From: an uncultured Methanospirillum sp.
Lineage (GTDB): Archaea; Halobacteriota; Methanomicrobia; Methanomicrobiales; Methanospirillaceae
Assembly (NCBI GenBank): GCA_964637135.1
Contig: CAZWTX010000011.1
Coordinates: forward strand, 4,297-68,296
Length of the DNA: 64,000 nt
Direction of reading: 5' to 3'
Part shown: positions 17,752 to 29,346 of the stretch, piece by piece
Layout of the letters: every line of letters begins with the position of its first letter
How positions within the stretch are numbered: position 1 is the stretch's first letter
Program-made: the position numbers and the translations under genes
Notes under the pieces: generated by a model
Database searches by the model: none
What the model saw: only the letters and a program-made list of their open reading frames with translations
Told to the model about the DNA's origin: nothing

Positions 17752-18678
17752 CTATGCGAGAGGTAAGAATTCGCGGGAGGTAAAGAGGAACTGCTGGGCA
17801 TACCCGGCATACCGGCCGAAATAATTCCTGCAGAAGGAGGCCAGGTCATCATAGGAGTGTTTCTTCCCGGAGCCGGCAGGAAGCAGGGAAGAATACCCGC
17901 TCTCAACAATCGCCCGGATCCAGGTATCAACCGGAACCGCCTCAAACCGGGTGTATGCAAAGAGCAGCACGCAGTCTGCCACTTTCGGTCCGACACCCGG
18001 AAGCGTCATCAGTACCCGTTTTGCGTCTGCATACCCAAGATCCCGGATCCGGTCGAGCAGTAAGGGATCGGCAACAATTCGCCTCGCGGTCTCCTTTAGG
18101 TACGGAGCCCGGTACCCGGCACAGCATGCCCTGATCGCTCCCTCATCCGCGACACAGAGACGATCCGGTGCCGGGTAGGAGCAGGGGGAATGTGGGAAGG
18201 GTCCGAACCGGCCGGAGAGAAGTGATATCCTTTTCCCGATGGTCGGTATATTCGAGTTTGCTGAACAGATAAAACTCACGAGACAGTCCCAGGGGTCCTG
18301 CCGGAGAATGCGAAGACCGGTTCCGGCCTGTACCGCCGTTTCAAAAAGTTCATCCCGATCCTCCCGGAAGGCCCGGATGGAGTTGCGGATGTCTCCGGTG
18401 ATGGCAGAGATATCATCATCCAGCCCGAGAAAGCGGATAAGAACCGGGAGGGGGATGCCCTCCCAGCTGATACGATCGCCCTCCTGCTTCACCCTGACCC
18501 GGTATGAACCGTGTGAACCACACCAGAATCCGTCTTGCTGCTCCCAGCAGAATTTCTGCCCGGATTTGAACGTGAGATCAAGATCAAACGGAAGCCGGGT
18601 TACATCCAGGGTGAGGGTATGCACGGTATCATATCTCTCTCCCAGGGAGATATCACTGCGGCAGGTCGCTCCCCGCAT
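17752..18678 (-). CDS. ogg: 8-oxoguanine DNA glycosylase (OGG1-like N-terminal domain plus HhH-GPD)
   Basis: LRILRQDPWDCLVSFICSANSNI, LPGVGPKVADCVLLF, AVPVDTW. Confidence 0.92.
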   Translation of the reverse strand: MRGATCRSDISLGERYDTVHTLTLDVTRLPFDLDLTFKSGQKFCWEQQDGFWCGSHGSYRVRVKQEGDRISWEGIPLPVLIRFLGLDDDISAITGDIRNSIRAFREDRDELFETAVQAGTGLRILRQDPWDCLVSFICSANSNIPTIGKRISLLSGRFGPFPHSPCSYPAPDRLCVADEGAIRACCAGYRAPYLKETARRIVADPLLLDRIRDLGYADAKRVLMTLPGVGPKVADCVLLFAYTRFEAVPVDTWIRAIVESGYSSLLPAGSGKKHSYDDLASFCRNYFGRYAGYAQQFLFTSREFLPLA

Positions 18679-18738
18679 GACCGGTTATATCGACAGTAAG
18701 AAATATTCTAAAAAAGATAAAAGACTGAAGGAAGAATA

Positions 18739-19377
18739 ATGGGGATTAATCAGATGCGTTTTGCTTTTTTTCTCACAGGAGGACTACTAATCCTGCTCGC
18801 CATGGTGGCAGGTGTGTCGGCAGAAGAGACTGCTGCCGAACCATCTGCTGACTCGTATGAATCCGGAGGGATTGACCTCTCACAGGGCTGGAACTTTATC
18901 AGCGTTCCACGCAGGCTTGCCAAGGGATCTGACACGGCTTCGGTATTTGCCGGAATCCAGGCATCGGGAAGGAGTATCTGGACATACAACCCGTCTGAAA
19001 ACGGATGGAAAGACCTTGCTGCCGAGGACGTGATATCGCCCCTCGAAGGGTACTGGATCTATTCAGATAACCCGGTCACGGTCCCCCTTTCATACACGGT
19101 CGATCCCCTCCAGGTTCCACCGGTGAAAGAACTGGCGACCGGGTGGAACATGGTCGGCCTCTCGGGAACATACCCGGCATCGGCCCGTGACACGTTCCTG
19201 TCGATCAGGAAGACCTGGACCGAGGTCATTGGATGGGATGCCACGGCACAGCGCTTTGAACAGACCATCGTGAATGGCGGAGAGGGCGACCGGGCAGATA
19301 CGCGGGAGTTAAAGCCCTATCATGCATACTGGGTCTATGTGACCGAGCCCTGTACCCTCGCCAGCATTGGTGCATAA
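18739..19377 (+). CDS. Secreted/surface hypothetical protein with duplicated GWN motif
   Basis: Signal peptide; LSQGWNFISVP...EGYWIY and LATGWNMVG...HAYWVY internal duplication. Confidence 0.8.
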   Translation: MGINQMRFAFFLTGGLLILLAMVAGVSAEETAAEPSADSYESGGIDLSQGWNFISVPRRLAKGSDTASVFAGIQASGRSIWTYNPSENGWKDLAAEDVISPLEGYWIYSDNPVTVPLSYTVDPLQVPPVKELATGWNMVGLSGTYPASARDTFLSIRKTWTEVIGWDATAQRFEQTIVNGGEGDRADTRELKPYHAYWVYVTEPCTLASIGA

Positions 19378-19464
19378 ATCCTGATACCGGTCAGGTTCTT
19401 CTTTTTCGCTCCATACAAATATCTCCCCGGGGACAAAACAGTACAGCAGGATAGGTGAACGGGT

Positions 19465-21159
19465 TTGAACGGTTTGAAGCGGGCAGGATTGATCCTTTTT
19501 GTCGTGGGAACGCTGATCGGCCTCTCAGTGGCAGACAATATGACTGAGCGCCTCGATTATCCCGAATACTGGTTTCAGGAAGGAGTGTCCGAACTCCTCC
19601 TGAATCATTATGATCGTGCCCTGTACCTCCTCGAAACGGCACTATCACAGGATCCAACACTTGCAGGGGCCTGGTACTGGAAAGGAGTCACCCTTGAGGA
19701 GTTAGGGAGGGGAGCCGAAGCAAAACAGTCGTTTGCAAAGGCAGAAGAGATCGATCCTCTCATCAGGGATCCGTACCGGAAAAAAGTAGGAGCCCTTGCA
19801 GATTATACCGTCACCCCGGTCCCGACGGCCCGCCCGGTAAGCAGTGACGATGAAGATGAGATGATAACGGAAGATATTGATCTCTCAAAGCAACCTGATC
19901 CAACCGGGCCGGATATCATCATTACCGCCCTGGATGCTTCGATCAGGGAAGCAGACCAGGCACTGGCGATCTCATTCTCACTCGCGAACGAGGGTTTTAA
20001 ACCAACGCGTGACTTCTACGTCACCTTTTATGCTTCCACTGATTCTTCAATAACCACAGATGATACCGCAATCGGGTATTATCTCATTCCAAACCTCCTT
20101 GAGGGAACCGCAGACGATTATACCGGGTATATACCTCTCGCGAAGATACCGCCTGGCGAGTGGTATATCGGTGCATTAGCAGATCCAACAAACACGGTCA
20201 TGGAAGTCAGCGAGAAAAACAATGCCCGTTCCCTCTCGCAAAAGATCACCATTCCTGACGTCACCGATCCGACGCTACGGACAACACCGGAAACGTCACA
20301 ACTCGTTCTTGAAAAGAAGAGCGAATCAAAACCGGTTACGGTCACCAGACCAAACCTTGCGGTTACCCGCGTGGAATCATGGACGGCCGCTGCACCAGGA
20401 GAGACCATCCCGGTGAACACCACCATTAAAAATGATGGTGAAACAGACGCTGCATCGTTCATCGTAACCATATACCTCTCAAAGGATGCTCTCATCTCTG
20501 ATGATGACCATATCCTCGGTGAAGGGAGGATAGACGATCTCGGTGCCGGCCTTGCCAGGGAAGGATCTGCCGGGATTCTGGTTCCGGAGGATATCTCCCC
20601 GGGGACATATTACCTCGGGGTGCTCGCCGACAGCGGATTTGAGATCACCGAGATTGACGAGACCGACAACATGAGGTTTTCAGAGACTGGTGCCCTGAAG
20701 ATAACCTCACCGGGAGAGAGCGGGATCAGCGGGGAGGCCTCTCCTGTTCCTGCTGAATCGCAGGTACCGGCCTCAGAGCCACAAGCCGGATCAGAGATGC
20801 TTCCTGACCTCGTTGTTCAGGATATCACCTCTGATACAACCGCCACTCCCGGGGGGACAATCGCAGTCAACACCACGGTGAAGAATGCCGGCCCTGGTGA
20901 CGCCGGCACGTTCATGGTCTCCCTTCTCCTCTCTAAAGACGGTAACATCACCGCTGAAGACATCCTCATCGGACTTGGCGAGATCACGGATCTGCCAGCC
21001 GGATTAATCCGTAATGGAACGGCAACAGCCCCGATCCCGGCAAACCTTACTCCCGGGGAGTATTACTTCGGCATCATCGCCGACAGCGGAAACATGGTCG
21101 AAGAACTGAACGAAGACAATAACGCGGGAGCCGGTCCGGTTCCCATCAGGATCGCCTGA
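19465..21159 (+). CDS. Secreted protein with TPR repeats and three CARDB/Ig-like domains
   Basis: Signal peptide, TPR (AWYWKGVTLEELGR), three repeats ending in G(E/T)(W/Y)Y(I/L/F)G..AD...V.E..E.NN. Confidence 0.88.
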   Translation: MNGLKRAGLILFVVGTLIGLSVADNMTERLDYPEYWFQEGVSELLLNHYDRALYLLETALSQDPTLAGAWYWKGVTLEELGRGAEAKQSFAKAEEIDPLIRDPYRKKVGALADYTVTPVPTARPVSSDDEDEMITEDIDLSKQPDPTGPDIIITALDASIREADQALAISFSLANEGFKPTRDFYVTFYASTDSSITTDDTAIGYYLIPNLLEGTADDYTGYIPLAKIPPGEWYIGALADPTNTVMEVSEKNNARSLSQKITIPDVTDPTLRTTPETSQLVLEKKSESKPVTVTRPNLAVTRVESWTAAAPGETIPVNTTIKNDGETDAASFIVTIYLSKDALISDDDHILGEGRIDDLGAGLAREGSAGILVPEDISPGTYYLGVLADSGFEITEIDETDNMRFSETGALKITSPGESGISGEASPVPAESQVPASEPQAGSEMLPDLVVQDITSDTTATPGGTIAVNTTVKNAGPGDAGTFMVSLLLSKDGNITAEDILIGLGEITDLPAGLIRNGTATAPIPANLTPGEYYFGIIADSGNMVEELNEDNNAGAGPVPIRIA

Positions 21160-21362
21160 ATCCATCTCTTTTTTCGCGGGAGCAGATCCCGCTGCAATGT
21201 ATCAGCCGGATCACTGATCGGTATAATATCCATGCATCCCCGGACGGGACTCGGGCCTTGCATGCCAGTTTCCTGTCGGTGTGAGAGTGAGCGTTTACGA
21301 AAAAAGGTTCTGCCCTGAATTGTTTCAGGACAGATTGAGGGCCTGGTATTTCAGAAAGGGAA

Positions 21363-22589
21363 TCAGGTACCAATATCCCAGCTGTTCATGTACAACTGCT
21401 GCTCTTTTGAGAGTGTATCAATGGAAAGGCCAAGAGAAGCGAGTTTCAGGGAAGCAACCTCCTGGTCGATGCTGTCCGGAACCTCGTGGACCCCTGCTTT
21501 TAAAGCAGCGTGATTCTTTGCCATGTACTCGGTGCAGAGTGCTTGCAGGGCAAAGGAGAGATCCATCACCTCTATCGGATGCCCCATTCCTTTCGGAACC
21601 GCCAGGTTGACCAGCCGGCCTTCGGCCAGCAGGTGGATCTTCTTCCCGCCGATCAGGTACGTATGGATGCCATCCCGTTCAACAATGGAGGAGGCATGGC
21701 TCTCGAGCCAGACCCCGTCGATCTCGACATTGAAATGTCCTGCATTGGAGAGGATGGCACCATCCTTCATCATCTCAAAGTGCCTGCCGGTTATGATATC
21801 GCGGTTCCCGGTCGTGGTAATGAAGATATCACCGACCTGTGCTGCATCATCCATGGTCATCACATGGTAGCCCTCCATATGGGCTTCCAGTGCACGGCGG
21901 GGATCTATCTCGGTAACGATCACCTTTGCGCCAAGACCTGCCGCTTTACGGGCAAGCCCGCGACCGCAGTATCCGAACCCGGCGACAACGAGCCACTTCC
22001 CGGCGATGATGGCATTCGTGGTCACCATGATCGCCGTCAGGGCGCTCTCGCCGGTCCCGTGTACGTTGTCAAAGAACCGCTTCATCGGGGTGTCGTTCAC
22101 GGCAATCACCGGGAACTCAAGCTTTCCTTCGGCTGCCATGGAACGGAGCCGGTGAATACCAGTGGTCGTCTCCTCGCATCCGCCGATGATGCCGGGGAGG
22201 AGATCACGACGCGAGGTATGCAGCCGGTGAATGAGATCCATCCCGTCATCGATGGTGATATCCGGTTTTGCATTGAGCACGGTATCGATTGCCCCGTAGT
22301 ATTCATCAACCGAGCAGGCACGCACGGCATAACAGCTCACGTCCGGCACCTTGTCAAGGGCACGGGCAACATCATCCTGGGTGGAGAGCGGGTTGCAACC
22401 GGTGATATGAACCCGGGCACCCCCTGCTGCGAGGGTTTTGACCAGGTTTGCCGTTTTTGCCTCTACGTGGAGGGCCATCCCGATGACCTTTCCCTCAAAC
22501 GGTCTTTCTTTCCGGAACCGTTCGGTTATTGCGGCAAGGACCGGCATGTACTGCCGTGCCCATTCGATCTTGAGTTCTCCTGAATCCAT
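21363..22589 (-). CDS. ahcY: Adenosylhomocysteinase
   Basis: ALHVEAKTA, GCNPLSTQD, EETTTG, FDNVHGTGES, NAGHFNVEID. Confidence 0.98.
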   Translation of the reverse strand: MDSGELKIEWARQYMPVLAAITERFRKERPFEGKVIGMALHVEAKTANLVKTLAAGGARVHITGCNPLSTQDDVARALDKVPDVSCYAVRACSVDEYYGAIDTVLNAKPDITIDDGMDLIHRLHTSRRDLLPGIIGGCEETTTGIHRLRSMAAEGKLEFPVIAVNDTPMKRFFDNVHGTGESALTAIMVTTNAIIAGKWLVVAGFGYCGRGLARKAAGLGAKVIVTEIDPRRALEAHMEGYHVMTMDDAAQVGDIFITTTGNRDIITGRHFEMMKDGAILSNAGHFNVEIDGVWLESHASSIVERDGIHTYLIGGKKIHLLAEGRLVNLAVPKGMGHPIEVMDLSFALQALCTEYMAKNHAALKAGVHEVPDSIDQEVASLKLASLGLSIDTLSKEQQLYMNSWDIGT

Positions 22590-22742
22590 AACAATATCTC
22601 CTGTCCGGACCTCTCCGAAAAGAGGCGGCCGGTGACAGTCTACTGTGTCATATAAAGGCAGTCTGATGAGATAAATAAGAGGGCATCCGGCCCCGATCTC
22701 GGAATGGATAACCTGATGTGACTCCCACGAAATAGGTATCTT

Positions 22743-23549
22743 ATGGTACTCACCCGCCGGATCATTCCCTGCCTTGATATCAAAGACGGACGTGTGGTAA
22801 AAGGAACGAATTTCCTCGGTCTCCGGGATGCAGGCGACCCGGTCGAACTTGCTTCCCGGTATAACGAACAGGGAGCAGACGAGGTTGTCTTCCTCGATAT
22901 CACCGCGACCCGGGAGAACCGGGGCATGATCATCGATGTCATCAGCCGGGCAGCTGACGAACTTTTTCTTCCGCTCACCGTTGGCGGTGGAATCCGCTCG
23001 GTTGCCGATATCAGGCAGACCCTCCGGGCAGGGGCAGACAAGGTCAGTATCAACTCGAGCGCAGTGGCAGATCCTGACCTGATCACAACCGCTGCCGAAG
23101 CGTTTGGCACCCAGTGTATCGTCCTTGCCGTTGATGTCAGGAAAAACACCTCAACAAACCCGGATGCCACTACAATCACGATGGATGACGGATCAGCCTG
23201 CTGGTACGAGGTAGTGACACACGGGGGATCGAAACCAACCGGAATAGACGCGGTACGATGGGCAATGGACGGAGAGGAACGGGGAGCCGGGGAGATTCTC
23301 CTCACCTCGATGGAGACGGATGGCACGAAAAACGGGTTTGATATCCCGGTAACACGGACCATTTCAGAGTCGGTCTCAATTCCGGTGATCGCGTCAGGAG
23401 GTGTCGGCACCTTCGATCATTTCTATGACGGGTTTGTAACAGGAAAGGCCGATGCAGCACTTGCGGCGAGCGTCTTCCATTACGGTGAGATGACGGTGGC
23501 AGAGGTAAAGGAATACCTCGCCTCACGGAATGTTCCGGTCCGGCTGTAA
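22743..23549 (+). CDS. hisF: Imidazole glycerol phosphate synthase cyclase subunit
   Basis: [35 protein letters not shown]. Confidence 0.98.
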   Translation: MVLTRRIIPCLDIKDGRVVKGTNFLGLRDAGDPVELASRYNEQGADEVVFLDITATRENRGMIIDVISRAADELFLPLTVGGGIRSVADIRQTLRAGADKVSINSSAVADPDLITTAAEAFGTQCIVLAVDVRKNTSTNPDATTITMDDGSACWYEVVTHGGSKPTGIDAVRWAMDGEERGAGEILLTSMETDGTKNGFDIPVTRTISESVSIPVIASGGVGTFDHFYDGFVTGKADAALAASVFHYGEMTVAEVKEYLASRNVPVRL

Positions 23550-23555
23550 AAAAAA

Positions 23556-24302
23556 TCAGGATATCTTCTTTTTCCCGACTGCGGCTACGTAGATACAGAA
23601 TTCACGGGTACCTGCAAGCCCGAGGGCACAGTTCATTTCGTCATCCCGGTACGAACCGATGGCACAGACCCCGCACCCGATAGCTCCGGCGGTCAGGTAG
23701 AGATTCTGGCAGATGTGTCCTGACTCGATGAAGAGATACCGCCATCCCCTCGCCCCGAACTTCCAGCACATCCGTTCGGGAACCGCGGTCCAGAGAAATG
23801 TCACTGCCGAGGATCTGATCAGTTCCGGCCTGCGGCAGGTGGCTGAAACTGCTTCATAATCACCAGCATGGCACTGCTCCCCGACCAGGGCATGATCGAG
23901 CGGGAGGTACCGGTATATCCCGGGGGCGATCCCCTCAACCCGGTTTATCACGAGGTACGTCTCGAACGGATGGATGTTCCCTGCCGACGGAACGGTCCGG
24001 AAGTTCTCTGTCGGTTCATCCGGCCGGATGCCCTGGGTATAATGGAGAAGAATGGAGAGTTCCCACCGCATCAGGGACGCTTCGCTGAATTCACGGATCG
24101 TCCGGCGTGCATCGAGAACATCATAGAAAAACACCGGATCGACAGAAATTCCGGACGGAGGAGGAAGAGGAATCATCTTCCGGGAAGGTTCGCAGACACC
24201 ACATACCTTGACATCCGGTTCCTTTCCGGGTTGGATCGAGGAATCGGCAAGTTTCGTCTGGGATAGGAACAGGTCTCCGGTACGCTGTACATCTGATTCC
24301 AT
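23556..24302 (-). CDS. SagB/ThcOx-family nitroreductase-like dehydrogenase
   Basis: RRTIREFS, FRTVPSAGNIHPFETY, ESGHICQNLYL. Start moved to 24302 because the longer ORF overlaps rnpB. Confidence 0.9.
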   Translation of the reverse strand: MESDVQRTGDLFLSQTKLADSSIQPGKEPDVKVCGVCEPSRKMIPLPPPSGISVDPVFFYDVLDARRTIREFSEASLMRWELSILLHYTQGIRPDEPTENFRTVPSAGNIHPFETYLVINRVEGIAPGIYRYLPLDHALVGEQCHAGDYEAVSATCRRPELIRSSAVTFLWTAVPERMCWKFGARGWRYLFIESGHICQNLYLTAGAIGCGVCAIGSYRDDEMNCALGLAGTREFCIYVAAVGKKKIS

Positions 24303-24385
24303 ACATAGCAATGACGATGCAGGTACTTTAAATATCGGAGCACCTCTCGGTGACCGGAATATATGGGAAAACAGGATCTGGTAAT

Positions 24386-24698
24386 GAGTGGGAGGAGTAA
24401 GCCCCCTTCTGTTCATTGCGGCATTCAGCTTAGCGCCGAACCCGGGCAGGCACCGGGATGCCGTACTGCCCTGTTCCGGCTTGCACCCGCAGGGATTCAC
24501 CGTTCCATCGGCTCCTCTTCGTCCCTGCTCGGCAGTTTGGATCTGCCTCATCGCTCAGAAGAGGCCGTGTCGTTTCTGTGCCAGAGCCATGACTCTCGCC
24601 ATCCACACTATCATGTGGCTGCGTTCCCGGTTGGTGGGGGGACTTTCCTCAGCTGCTTGCATTTCTGCAAAGCTACCGTCAGCCGCACTCTCCCTCTC
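24386..24698 (-). ncRNA. rnpB: RNase P RNA
   Basis: Minus strand has GAGGAAAGUCC, GGUGCAAG and AACAGAAGGGGGCUUACU hallmark segments; 5' GAGAGGGAGAGU pairs with 3' ACUCCUCCCACUC; 313 nt. Confidence 0.97.
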
Positions 24699-24827
24699 GC
24701 GTATACATAATGACTGCAGGAATATTAGCAGTTCCCCCGGGAAGCCTGCAGGGAATACCCGTCACAGTCCCATCGGTGAGCAGCAGGCAGGGCAAAGATG
24801 TATATCCACTGGTATCGTGAACTCGGT

Positions 24828-25391
24828 ATGCATCTCAGCGAGGAAGAAGGAGCACTGGCCCTTCGGTATGCCAAAACCGTGCTTGCCGGGCATGTCGGAT
24901 CCGTTCCCTTCGAGGAACCGGCTTTCCCGGAGATCTTCTGTGAGAAACGCGGGGTCTTTGTAACGCTCACGAAGAACGGGGAGCTCAGGGGATGCATCGG
25001 ATTTCCCTACCCGGTCCTCCCCCTGAATGCAGCGATCAGGGATGCAGCCCGTTCTGCAGCTACTGAAGATCCCCGGTTCAGACCGGTCACCGCAGCTGAA
25101 CTCCCGGCGATCCGTGTCGAAGTGACCATCCTGACCGAGCCTGAACACCTCGCAGTCGCAGCGGCCGAACGGGACCGGCATATCGTCATCGGCAGGCATG
25201 GTCTGATCGTCAGGGGATACGGCAGATCCGGCCTCCTGCTCCCCCAGGTTCCGGTTGAATGGGAATGGAACGTCAGGGAATTTCTCGATCATACCTGTAT
25301 GAAAGCCGGCCTCCCGGCAAAGTGCTGGCTCGAGGACGCTGTGGAGGTTTTAACCTTTGAAGGGCAGATATTTTCTGAGAAAAACGACTGA
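24828..25391 (+). CDS. AMMECR1 / TIGR00296-type (AmmeMemoRadiSam A) protein
   Basis: GVFVTL...LRGCIG, EDPRF, GLLLPQV motifs. Likely start MHLSEEE at 24828. Confidence 0.93.
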   Translation: MHLSEEEGALALRYAKTVLAGHVGSVPFEEPAFPEIFCEKRGVFVTLTKNGELRGCIGFPYPVLPLNAAIRDAARSAATEDPRFRPVTAAELPAIRVEVTILTEPEHLAVAAAERDRHIVIGRHGLIVRGYGRSGLLLPQVPVEWEWNVREFLDHTCMKAGLPAKCWLEDAVEVLTFEGQIFSEKND

Positions 25392-26848
25392 TGGCATTAC
25401 AATTTGAAATTTTTGATACGGACATCGGCGGCCGTCTCGGCCGGCTGTATGATTCCGACCGGACCGTCCGGACTCCTGCCCTTCTGCCGGTCATCAATCC
25501 CCATCTTCAACTCATTACCCCGAAAGAGATGCAGAAGATGGGCATCGAGGCCGTGATAACGAATGCATATATCATCTCGAGGAGCCAGGAATATCGCGAG
25601 CGGGCCCTCTCCGAAGGGCTTCACCGGATGTACGATTTCGACGGGATCATCATGACCGACTCGGGATCGTTCCAGCTCTCGGTGTACGGCGAGGTCGAGA
25701 TCACCAATACCGCGACGATCGGATTCCAGCAGGCGATCGGGTCTGACATCATCGTACCGCTCGATATCCCGACCCATCCCGATACTCCCCGTGACCAGGT
25801 GGAACGGGAACTTGCCATCACCCAGGAACGAATTCAGGAGGCATACCAGGTTGCCGACCACGAACATCATACCCTTGCCGGCCCGGTGCAGGGAGGTCTG
25901 TTCCCTGATCTCAGGGAGAAGGCGGCACGGGATGTCTGCAGCACCGGGATCCGGTTCTGTCCGGTCGGAGCGGTTGTTCCGCTCATGGAGGCATACCGGT
26001 ACAAGGAACTGGTTCACACGGTCATGGCGGCAAAACGGGGACTCGAACCCTCTGCCTGTGTCCACCTGTTCGGGGCCGGCCACCCGTCCATGTTTGCCCT
26101 CGCGGTTGCCATGGGATGTGATCTCTTCGATTCTGCTGCCTATGCCCTCTATGCCAAGGATGGGAGGTACCTGACCGTTCACGGGAGTTATCACCTCGAC
26201 GAACTGACCTACCTCCCCTGCTCCTGTCCGGTCTGTGAGGGGCATACCGCACAGGAACTCAAGGCGTCTCCGGACCGCGAACGGCTCCTTGCCCTGCATA
26301 ATCTCAGGGTGACCATTGCGGAGATCAACCGGATCAGGCAGGCGATCAAGGATGGGGTGCTCTGGGAACTGGTCGATGAACGCTGCCGGGGTCATCCTGA
26401 ACTCCTGCGGGGGTACCGGGCACTCCTTGGCTATGCGGAAGAACTTGAAGGAAGAGATCGTGTCTCAAAGCGACGGTTCTTCTACCGGGGATCAGAGAGC
26501 TGCCGGCGGACCGAAGTGCTCAGGTATCACCGCACGGTGGGACGGTTTCATGCCGGAAAAGAGGCCCTGATCGCCTTTGAGAAGAAGAACACATCTGGAT
26601 ATGAGAACGTCTTCTTCTTCAAGCCCCCGTTTGGTCCGTATCCACCCGAACTCCGCGAGACGTTCCCGATCGGGCAGAGCGAGATCCCTGACTGGGATGA
26701 GGAGATGGTGGCAACCGGGTGCATGGGAATAAACCAGCTCATCGCGGGAAACCCGGATACCCGGTTCACCATCCGGTGCCGGCCCCGGTGGAAGGAACTC
26801 GTATCACGGCTGGTTACCGGGGCAGAGGTGATCTCTGATGATCTGTGA
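25391..26848 (+). CDS. tgtA: Archaeosine tRNA-guanine(15) transglycosylase
   Basis: [40 protein letters not shown] zinc site. Confidence 0.97.
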   Translation: MALQFEIFDTDIGGRLGRLYDSDRTVRTPALLPVINPHLQLITPKEMQKMGIEAVITNAYIISRSQEYRERALSEGLHRMYDFDGIIMTDSGSFQLSVYGEVEITNTATIGFQQAIGSDIIVPLDIPTHPDTPRDQVERELAITQERIQEAYQVADHEHHTLAGPVQGGLFPDLREKAARDVCSTGIRFCPVGAVVPLMEAYRYKELVHTVMAAKRGLEPSACVHLFGAGHPSMFALAVAMGCDLFDSAAYALYAKDGRYLTVHGSYHLDELTYLPCSCPVCEGHTAQELKASPDRERLLALHNLRVTIAEINRIRQAIKDGVLWELVDERCRGHPELLRGYRALLGYAEELEGRDRVSKRRFFYRGSESCRRTEVLRYHRTVGRFHAGKEALIAFEKKNTSGYENVFFFKPPFGPYPPELRETFPIGQSEIPDWDEEMVATGCMGINQLIAGNPDTRFTIRCRPRWKELVSRLVTGAEVISDDL

Positions 26849-28466
26849 ATTCACCCACCGGGACGGAACCGCCCGGGCAGGAAAACTGATCGATGGTGAG
26901 AAGGAACTGCTCCTTCCGGGAATCTGCAGCAGGGAATGGTTCCCTGCCCTGCAGAACAGGGAACTGCAGTATGTTCCTCCGCTCGCAGACGAGGAATTTG
27001 CTGCAAAGTATCTCACCTGGGACGGAGAGCAGCCGGTACCCCTCCACCAGCATGGACCGTTTCCGGTGACATCGGGAACGGTGCTCATCGCGGCAAACTG
27101 GCATACCCTCATAAAACAGCCACGGGAGTTCATCAGGCAGATCGTCTCCCTGAAAGAGCGGCATCTTCCCGACACGGCATGGTACCTCCCTGGGGCGGCA
27201 CTTCCGGAAAACGCCGCCATCCTCGTGCATGCCGGATTCGACCTCTTCGACACGATCGCCGTTGACCTGGCTGGTGCCCGGGGGGAATTCTGTCTCTCAG
27301 ACGGGACGCACCCGGCAGCCATGATGAACGAGCAGGTCTGTTCATGTGACGGGTGCCGGAGCGGGGATCTCACGCTCCATAACCGGATTGCGCTCATGCA
27401 GGAACTTGCCCTGGTCAGATCACGGATCCGGGAGGGAACATTCCGGGAGTTTCTTGAGGGGAGATGCCGGAACAGGCCGGAGTATGTCTCCATCATGCGA
27501 AACCTCGAGCGGACGGAGTTCATGATGATGCACACGCCCGTCAGCCGGAACGTTCCCCTCTATGCCTGCTCGGGAGACAGCATTCACCGCCCGGAGGTCA
27601 GACGATTCATTGACCGGCTCCTCACCCGCTACCTCCCGCCGAAGGCCGATGTTGCCGTGCTGCTTCCCTGTTCGGCGAGAAAACCCTACTCGGTCTCCCA
27701 GAGCCACCGTCGGTTCATGCAGGCAGTCGGGAGGCGTGCCCACGAACTGATCATGACCTCACCGCTCGGGCTGGTTCCCCGGGACATCGAACTTGTATAC
27801 CCGGCCGCCCATTACGATGTCCCGGTCACCGGGTACTGGGACCACGAGGAACGACATGTCATCAGGGACGTGCTTGCCAGGTATTTCGCGAAGCATCCGT
27901 ACCGGCGGGTCATCGCCCATCTTGACGGAGATGCCCTGCTTATTGCACAAGAGGCTGCCGACGAGGCAGGGATTGCACTCGAGTGCACCGGCGGGGATAA
28001 TCCGGCGGGTGGCGAATCGCTCCGACAGTTAAGCGAGGCGCTCGCAGGCGAGAAGAAGATAAAGTCCCAGATGGTCAGGGGTATGATCTCCTTCCAGTTC
28101 GGGTATGATCTCCGGGCAGCCGGCCTTGAAGTGAAAGGGATCTACCCTGACCAGGTGGTGCAGATCAACCGGCGGCAGGTCTTCTCTACCGACCCGGCAC
28201 ACGGCCTGCTCAGGCCGACGTTCGAGGGATGGTCACTAATAGAGAACGGGTACCGGGTATACATCGATGACTTTGTTCCCAAAGGGGACATACTCGCGCC
28301 TGGTGTCGTCGAAGCCGATCCGGCGATCCGCGAGGGTGACGAGGTACTGGTCATCGGCGATCATGCCCGTGCCACAGGAAGGGCGATGATGTCGGCCGGG
28401 GAGATGATCCGATCGACCCGCGGGGTGGCGGTCCGGGTGCGTAAGGTAATGAAGCTGAACAGGTAA
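26838..28466 (+). CDS. arcS: Archaeosine synthase subunit alpha with PUA domain
   Basis: [25 protein letters not shown]-terminal PUA ([17 protein letters not shown]); adjacent to tgtA. Confidence 0.92.
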   Translation: MICEFTHRDGTARAGKLIDGEKELLLPGICSREWFPALQNRELQYVPPLADEEFAAKYLTWDGEQPVPLHQHGPFPVTSGTVLIAANWHTLIKQPREFIRQIVSLKERHLPDTAWYLPGAALPENAAILVHAGFDLFDTIAVDLAGARGEFCLSDGTHPAAMMNEQVCSCDGCRSGDLTLHNRIALMQELALVRSRIREGTFREFLEGRCRNRPEYVSIMRNLERTEFMMMHTPVSRNVPLYACSGDSIHRPEVRRFIDRLLTRYLPPKADVAVLLPCSARKPYSVSQSHRRFMQAVGRRAHELIMTSPLGLVPRDIELVYPAAHYDVPVTGYWDHEERHVIRDVLARYFAKHPYRRVIAHLDGDALLIAQEAADEAGIALECTGGDNPAGGESLRQLSEALAGEKKIKSQMVRGMISFQFGYDLRAAGLEVKGIYPDQVVQINRRQVFSTDPAHGLLRPTFEGWSLIENGYRVYIDDFVPKGDILAPGVVEADPAIREGDEVLVIGDHARATGRAMMSAGEMIRSTRGVAVRVRKVMKLNR

Positions 28467-28506
28467 CGCATAAGGCACAGTACCAGTCGTCCGGATGTGA
28501 AAGTTA

Positions 28507-29346
28507 GTGTATACAATAGAGAAAGCTCGCCAGGTAGCAGACAAGGTCTATGAAATATGGGTTAATGCACCCCATGTTACGAAAAACGCACGAGCAGGAC
28601 AGTTCGTCATCATCCGGATAGACGAACACGGGGAGCGGATCCCCCTGACGATATCACGGATATCGGGAGATCAGGTCAGGATCATCTTCATGGCGGTCGG
28701 CAAAACCACGCATGCCCTCGCCTCCCTCACGCCGGGATCTGCCATCCAGGATATCGTCGGTCCGCTCGGTGTTCCGAGCGAGGTGAAGAACTGGGGAACC
28801 TGCATCCTCGTCGGCGGGGGAGTCGGGATTGCTTCCATGCCCTGTATCGCAGAAGCCCTGAAGGCAGCAGGCAACACGGTCATCACGATTCTCGGCGCGA
28901 GAAATGCGTCACTTCTTATCCTCGAGGATGAGATGACGGAGATCTGCGACGAGGTCTTCATCACAACCGACGACGGCTCAAAGGGACATCACGGGTTTGC
29001 CGCGGATGTCCTCAAGAACCTGATCACTGAACGGAAGATCGACGCCGTCTGGATCATCGGTCCGACAATCATGATGAAGGTAACCTCGCAGGCAACGAAG
29101 GAGAAAGGAATCAAGACCTTTGTCTCCCTCAATCCGATCATGGTGGACGGAACCGGGATGTGTGGATCCTGTCGGTGCGTCGTCGACGGGAAGACGCGGT
29201 TTGCCTGCGTTGACGGACCTGAATTCGATGCCCACCAGGTGGACTTCGATCTCCTGATGCAGCGGCAGCGGTATTACGGGGATCTGGAGAAGGAAGCTCT
29301 TGTCAGATGGCAGGAACACACCTGTAAATGCGGGGGGAACCAATAA
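28507..29346 (+). CDS. nfnA: NfnA/SudB-like FAD/[2Fe-2S] subunit
   Basis: GERIPLT, GPLG, GGGVG, DGTGMCGSCRC...FACVDGP; GTG start. Confidence 0.88.
   Translation: MYTIEKARQVADKVYEIWVNAPHVTKNARAGQFVIIRIDEHGERIPLTISRISGDQVRIIFMAVGKTTHALASLTPGSAIQDIVGPLGVPSEVKNWGTCILVGGGVGIASMPCIAEALKAAGNTVITILGARNASLLILEDEMTEICDEVFITTDDGSKGHHGFAADVLKNLITERKIDAVWIIGPTIMMKVTSQATKEKGIKTFVSLNPIMVDGTGMCGSCRCVVDGKTRFACVDGPEFDAHQVDFDLLMQRQRYYGDLEKEALVRWQEHTCKCGGNQ

Noticed and set aside
22665-22717. Possible C/D-box sRNA (TGATGA...CTGA) between ahcY and hisF
   Set aside because: No convincing D'/C' boxes or guide spacing; lies in a promoter region where such short motifs occur by chance.
23556-24302. SagB/ThcOx gene as part of an azole RiPP cluster
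   Set aside because: No YcaO, E1-like protein or Cys/Ser-rich precursor peptide nearby; stand-alone nitroreductase-fold genes are common.
24303-24963. ORFs overlapping RNase P RNA, including the long start of the SagB-like gene
   Set aside because: Explained by the GC-rich rnpB sequence.
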